A DNA stretch of 63,162 nt from Bacilli bacterium. GTDB taxonomy: Bacteria > Bacillota_I > Bacilli_A > RF39 > UBA660. Positions 59,129 through 63,162 of the stretch are shown in pieces (within the stretch, counting starts at the first letter, position 1; each line of letters starts with the position of its first letter). Below the pieces are notes generated by a model, which was not told where the DNA came from, ran no database searches, and worked only from the letters and a program-made list of their open reading frames with translations. A program made the translations under genes and the position numbers. The stretch spans positions 1-63,162 of the forward strand of contig JAFXHG010000038.1 in the NCBI GenBank assembly GCA_017536505.1. The letters are read 5' to 3'.

Positions 59129-60973
59129 TTAAAATATACTATTCCATAAATCTGCAACACCATATCCAATACCCTCAAATAGTTCAGCTAAATCTAAACC
59201 TTGCTCTAATATGAATTGACCAACCTGTACAAGCCCACTATCTAAAATTTTATCAATTTCTACTTTCATAGATCCAAGCGCATCTGGAACCCCAAACAAA
59301 TATGAAGAAATTTCACTCCATTTAGCTCCAGTAGTACTTACTATAGTACCATCATCATTAAATTGGGTTTCCTGAATACTTGAAATAAGATGTGGTCCTC
59401 CAAATATCTTACTAAAATTTTCTGAAAACGAATTAAATAAATCTTTATTTGTTTGTGTTGGAGATAAAGCAAGTATACCTGCTGGATGAATAAAGGCACC
59501 AGTAGCGGCAATCATAACAATATCATTAACAGCATAAAAAGGATCTAGCCACCCAAGATATTCATTAATTTGAGCAGTATCAAAAAGTTTTTCAGTATTT
59601 GTATCATATAAGGTTTTCCAATTAGATTGTATATATTTTGTTTTTTCACCTAAATATCCAAAAACAGAAGAAACAGCATCTCCAGATACAGAATATATTT
59701 TAGCATCATCATAAGATTCAATCATTTGTTCTTCTCCACGAGATAATTCTGCATGATAAGGATTAAATAATACTAACTTGCCAATATGATTATTAGCAAA
59801 ATTTGTATTTACTTCCAAGTCTGGATTGAATACGGATTGATGCATATTAAACAAACTTCTAGAAAAATATGAAATTTTATCTCCTATACTCATATCATTA
59901 TTTATTATATCTTTTATTGTTGAAATGCCTTGTGAAAAAGTAGAATTAACATTATTTACATATGGTTCTACTATTTTTCTAAGATTTTCCAAGGAGTAAA
60001 CACCTAAAAACGCCTTTTCAGCTAAATTACCACCCAATGAATATCCATGAATGTTAATTTTTACACTATCATTTATAGCCTTTTTATAGTATTTTAAAGC
60101 TAATTTGCTCGCCTCTTTTTGTTGTTCTTCATAATGAGATAAATATTCATTTATATCTATATCCGTAAGTCTTTTCATAACTTCCTTTATTTTATCATAA
60201 TTACCATTAAATAAATCTGGTATAATTTCTTTAATAATCGGATAAGCATCGAAAAGAATATCACCCAATTCTGAAGCATCAGTGGGAGAAAATGATACTA
60301 AATAATCTCCAAGTTCACCTGTTCTAGGATCTTTTTCTCGAAAAACTACAGCATCAAAATCACCTTCAGTAACCACTTCCACTAGTATAAGTGAACCTAA
60401 ACCATATTGTTCTTTTAGGTTTTTAAGAATTAACTTTTCTTCTTCAGTAAACTCATCCGAAAATTTTATTTCATTATAAATTTCACTTATTGTCTTTCCT
60501 TCAAATTTTTTAAATTTACCATGAAACTTGTTTTTTAAATTTTCTTTTTGATCATCTGGAATCTCATCCAAAGAATCAATAAAATCGCAAAACTCTGTCC
60601 TTGTTGTTCCATTAAATTCTACTAGTTCTCCACTAGGTAATTGTATAGCAATTCCACCATCTAAATTATCTAATGGTTTGTTTTGAAAAATATTTAAATT
60701 TGCTAGCATAACTTCTTGATATTCCGTATAATTTTCTATTTCACCTGTGCTATCTATCTTACTTATAGATTTTTGTGCTTCTTTAGTACTTTCATTAGTT
60801 AATTCTTCTAGGCTATATTCCTTTAAATCTAAATTTGTTAATTTTGTTTCCAAAATATCAGGCATTACCATGTCGTGTAAATTAAGTTTTTTAATGTTAT
60901 TAGAAACCGAAATTTTATTTGTTGGAATTTTAAATGTCGTTTTTTCCAAATTAATATTTACAATATTATTCAT
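59129..60973 (-). CDS. Lipase-like alpha/beta hydrolase (Mbeg1/DUF2974-like), candidate secreted effector
   Basis: FDAVVF...YLVSF, HGYSLGGNLA nucleophile elbow, GDAVS, late His (GPHL). Confidence 0.65.
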   Translation of the reverse strand: MNNIVNINLEKTTFKIPTNKISVSNNIKKLNLHDMVMPDILETKLTNLDLKEYSLEELTNESTKEAQKSISKIDSTGEIENYTEYQEVMLANLNIFQNKPLDNLDGGIAIQLPSGELVEFNGTTRTEFCDFIDSLDEIPDDQKENLKNKFHGKFKKFEGKTISEIYNEIKFSDEFTEEEKLILKNLKEQYGLGSLILVEVVTEGDFDAVVFREKDPRTGELGDYLVSFSPTDASELGDILFDAYPIIKEIIPDLFNGNYDKIKEVMKRLTDIDINEYLSHYEEQQKEASKLALKYYKKAINDSVKINIHGYSLGGNLAEKAFLGVYSLENLRKIVEPYVNNVNSTFSQGISTIKDIINNDMSIGDKISYFSRSLFNMHQSVFNPDLEVNTNFANNHIGKLVLFNPYHAELSRGEEQMIESYDDAKIYSVSGDAVSSVFGYLGEKTKYIQSNWKTLYDTNTEKLFDTAQINEYLGWLDPFYAVNDIVMIAATGAFIHPAGILALSPTQTNKDLFNSFSENFSKIFGGPHLISSIQETQFNDDGTIVSTTGAKWSEISSYLFGVPDALGSMKVEIDKILDSGLVQVGQFILEQGLDLAELFEGIGYGVADLWNSIF

Positions 60974-61039
60974 TATTCAGTCTCCTTTATATTATCTTTT
61001 ATATATTATTATTCTATCACATATTATTTTTATCAACAA

Positions 61040-61432
61040 CTATTTGTACTTAAAATTTTTAACATAGAACTCATTAAATATAAATAACAATAACAAACTA
61101 ATTAATTTTACTAAATAATAATCATTATTCAATATTATTATAAAAATATATATGATTAATGTCTCAACAATTAAACTAAATATTCTTATAAGTATAAATT
61201 TAAACAATTCACTACTGTTATTTTCATCTACTAAATCTGGAACATATTTTTTATCAATATAAAATATAAATATCATAGATAATATCCAAGCTATCAAATT
61301 AACTATATTTATTCCTATAGCGTTTTCATCACTAACAAACAACATAAGTAATATAAACATTAAATAATTTATGCCAAAAGAAATTAAATATATTATAAAA
61401 TGTTTAAATTTATCTTTCACTACTTTACTCAT
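61040..61432 (-). CDS. GtrA family flippase-like membrane protein
   Basis: Four TMs, N.IAWI.SMIF.F...KKYV, ELFKFI..R. Confidence 0.75.
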   Translation of the reverse strand: MSKVVKDKFKHFIIYLISFGINYLMFILLMLFVSDENAIGINIVNLIAWILSMIFIFYIDKKYVPDLVDENNSSELFKFILIRIFSLIVETLIIYIFIIILNNDYYLVKLISLLLLFIFNEFYVKNFKYK

Positions 61433-61517
61433 ACAACTCTCCCTATTTAATTATATCACACTTCTATTTGACATATATCAAAAAAATGATAAAGTAACCA
61501 ATCGTTGAGGTGATTAT

Positions 61518-62133
61518 ATGTCTAAAACTTGTGGAGAGTGCACTTATATAGATTTAAGTACAGGAGATATATATGGGAAATTCATTTGCGAAAGAAAATG
61601 GGAAAGACATTTAGCTACAGATCTAGAATGCGGTAGTTTTTTGTAAAGCCTATAGCAGGGACTATTATACAATTCAAAATGCTCATAGATATTCACAGGA
61701 ACATTCAAATAGTAGTGGCTGCTATTTAACTACTATGTTATGTAATATATTAGAAATGCCTGATAACAACATAAATCTTGAAACAATGAGAAGTTTTAGA
61801 AAAAACATATTGCAAAAAGACGAAAAATATAAATCTTTACTAGTTGAATATGATATTTTAGGACCTAGAATTGCTGAATATCTTAACAATGATCCAATAA
61901 AAGAAAGAATAGCTGAAAAATATTTAAATATATATATAATTCCAATAACTACATTAATAAACGAAAAGAATTATGAAATGGCAATTAATCTTTATAAAAA
62001 TATGACAATAGGATTAAGTTTTGTATATGATTTAGATCACATAACAATTTCTAAGGAAGAAATTAAAAATGCAAATATAAAAGAATCTGGCCATGGTATT
62101 TATAAAGTTAAAAAGATTACTCCAAATGTATAG
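61518..62133 (+). pseudogene. Cys-rich N-terminus plus CFI-box-like domain protein, frameshifted by +1 in the T6 run at 61637-61642
   Basis: GAGGTGA RBS and ATG 61518 (MSKTCGECTY...); removing one T joins it to ...SGCYLTTMLC...LETMRSFR...EYDILGPRIA (204 aa). Confidence 0.75.
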
Positions 62134-62147
62134 AGTAATCTTTTTTT
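62110..62147. terminator. Bidirectional terminator
   Basis: AAAAAGATTACTC...GAGTAATCTTTTT between convergent genes. Confidence 0.6.
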
Positions 62148-62165
62148 GATTTTTTAAAAATATTA

Positions 62166-62963
62166 CTATAAGAACAATATTACAAGTAACCCATCTACTA
62201 AACAATAAATTGAAAAATAAATTAATTTTCCATTATTTACAATCTTTCTAAACCATTTTGTAACAAGTAAAGTAACTATAAGCGATACTATTATAGCTAC
62301 TATATAGTATAAAATTAAACTTGGATCTATATTTAAATCAAATACTTCAAGAGCCATTGCAGCTATACTCATAGGTATATAAAGCATAAATGAATATTTA
62401 AAAGCAGTGTCTCTTTTCAACCCTTGTGTCATACCTCCAACTATAGTAGATCCACTTCTACTTATCCCTGGAAATAAACCTAATATTTGAAAACAACCGA
62501 CAGTCAAAGCTTCTTTAACACCTATTTGTTTATCTTCTTTTTTTCCTTTAAAATTTCTAATAATAAATAACAATATAGAAGTTATGATTAAAGAAACACC
62601 TACTATTTTTATGTTATTTTCTATTTTAGCAAATAAATCAAAATAACTAACAAGCACACCAATTAGTCCTGCAGGTATACATCCAAGCACTATCATCCAA
62701 GCATATTTATATTCATCTTTAGCTTTACTATCTTTAGTTTTGATATATTTAAAGAAATTTTTAATGATTTTAACAATATCATCCCAAAATAATATTATAA
62801 TAGCTACTAAAGAACCAAAATTAGTAAGTATTGCAATTGTATCAAAATCTACATTAACATCCATAATTCTTTTAAAAATCATTAAATGTCCTGATGATGA
62901 TACAGGTATAGTTTCAGTCATTCCTTGTATAAATCCCAAAAAAATATATTTTAATAATTCCAT
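62166..62963 (-). CDS. uppP: Undecaprenyl-diphosphate phosphatase
   Basis: QGMTETIPVSSSGH, PGISRSGSTI. Confidence 0.95.
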   Translation of the reverse strand: MELLKYIFLGFIQGMTETIPVSSSGHLMIFKRIMDVNVDFDTIAILTNFGSLVAIIILFWDDIVKIIKNFFKYIKTKDSKAKDEYKYAWMIVLGCIPAGLIGVLVSYFDLFAKIENNIKIVGVSLIITSILLFIIRNFKGKKEDKQIGVKEALTVGCFQILGLFPGISRSGSTIVGGMTQGLKRDTAFKYSFMLYIPMSIAAMALEVFDLNIDPSLILYYIVAIIVSLIVTLLVTKWFRKIVNNGKLIYFSIYCLVDGLLVILFL

Positions 62964-63048
62964 TTTATCACCTAATTAATTATATAATAAAATTTTAAAA
63001 TAATAAATAAAAAATAATCAATATAATAAAATTTATTAGGTGAGTTAT

Positions 63049-63162
63049 GTGCTATTAAAAATATTTTTATTCCTTATTGGCTTTGGTTTAACTACTATTG
63101 GATCAGTATATATAATTTGTTATTTAAATTTATTTAGTCTTGGGTATAATTTTTTTGAATAT
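63049..63162 (+). CDS. Small membrane protein, 5' partial
   Basis: AGGTGA RBS, GTG start, LLKIFLFLIGFGLTTIGSVYIICYLNLFSLGYNFFEY open to the window end. Confidence 0.6.
   Translation, partial: MLLKIFLFLIGFGLTTIGSVYIICYLNLFSLGYNFFEY

Noticed and set aside
56406-61000. tRNA-anchored integrative element or prophage
   Set aside because: No integrase or phage genes, and I found no duplicate of the tRNA 3' end by eye
1358-62979. Short plus-strand ORFs opposite well-supported genes (e.g. 1358, 5940, 9003, 13615, 24293, 25378, 42136, 43490, 49412, 60747, 62740) and minus-strand 32938-33123
   Set aside because: Antisense or off-frame shadows with no recognisable motifs
1-63162. Mollicute genetic code 4 (TGA = Trp)
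   Set aside because: TGA ends genes cleanly (10871, 19448, 58259), long conserved ORFs are intact under code 11, and cell-wall genes (uppP, divIC) are present

Overview
This is a very AT-rich chromosomal segment read with genetic code 11 (TGA is used as a stop, e.g. at 10871, 19448 and 58259). Gene content and style suggest a genome-reduced, probably spore-forming Bacilli lineage such as RF39; this assignment is inference. The left part (1-29 kb) is mostly housekeeping: rimP-nusA-ylxR, two dCMP deaminases, infB, recD2, queA/miaA, greA, a U32 pair, pduL, gerQ, yabP/yabQ/divIC, spoVG, smpB, rnr and rmuC. The core is a ~26 kb co-oriented minus-strand locus (29213-54970). It joins a Tad/Flp pilus module (CpaB, TadA/CpaF, TadB, TadC, Flp-like and TadE-like pilins, TadZ-like) to four VirB2/TrbC-like pilins and a Gram-positive type IV secretion module (VirB6, PrgI/VirB3, VirB4, M23 wall hydrolase, two VirB8-like candidates, VirD4). 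No relaxase, integrase or other mobility gene is visible, and housekeeping genes flank the locus. Three more VirB2-like pilin domains, fused to large Cys-rich variable regions, lie elsewhere in the window, giving 7 in total. This resident Tad/T4SS hybrid with a diversified pilin repertoire is the best candidate for an undescribed system. The right end holds scpAB, tRNA-Leu(CAA), a lipase/DUF4176 cluster resembling a toxin locus, two disrupted genes, gtrA and uppP. All calls come from motif reading by eye; no searches were run.
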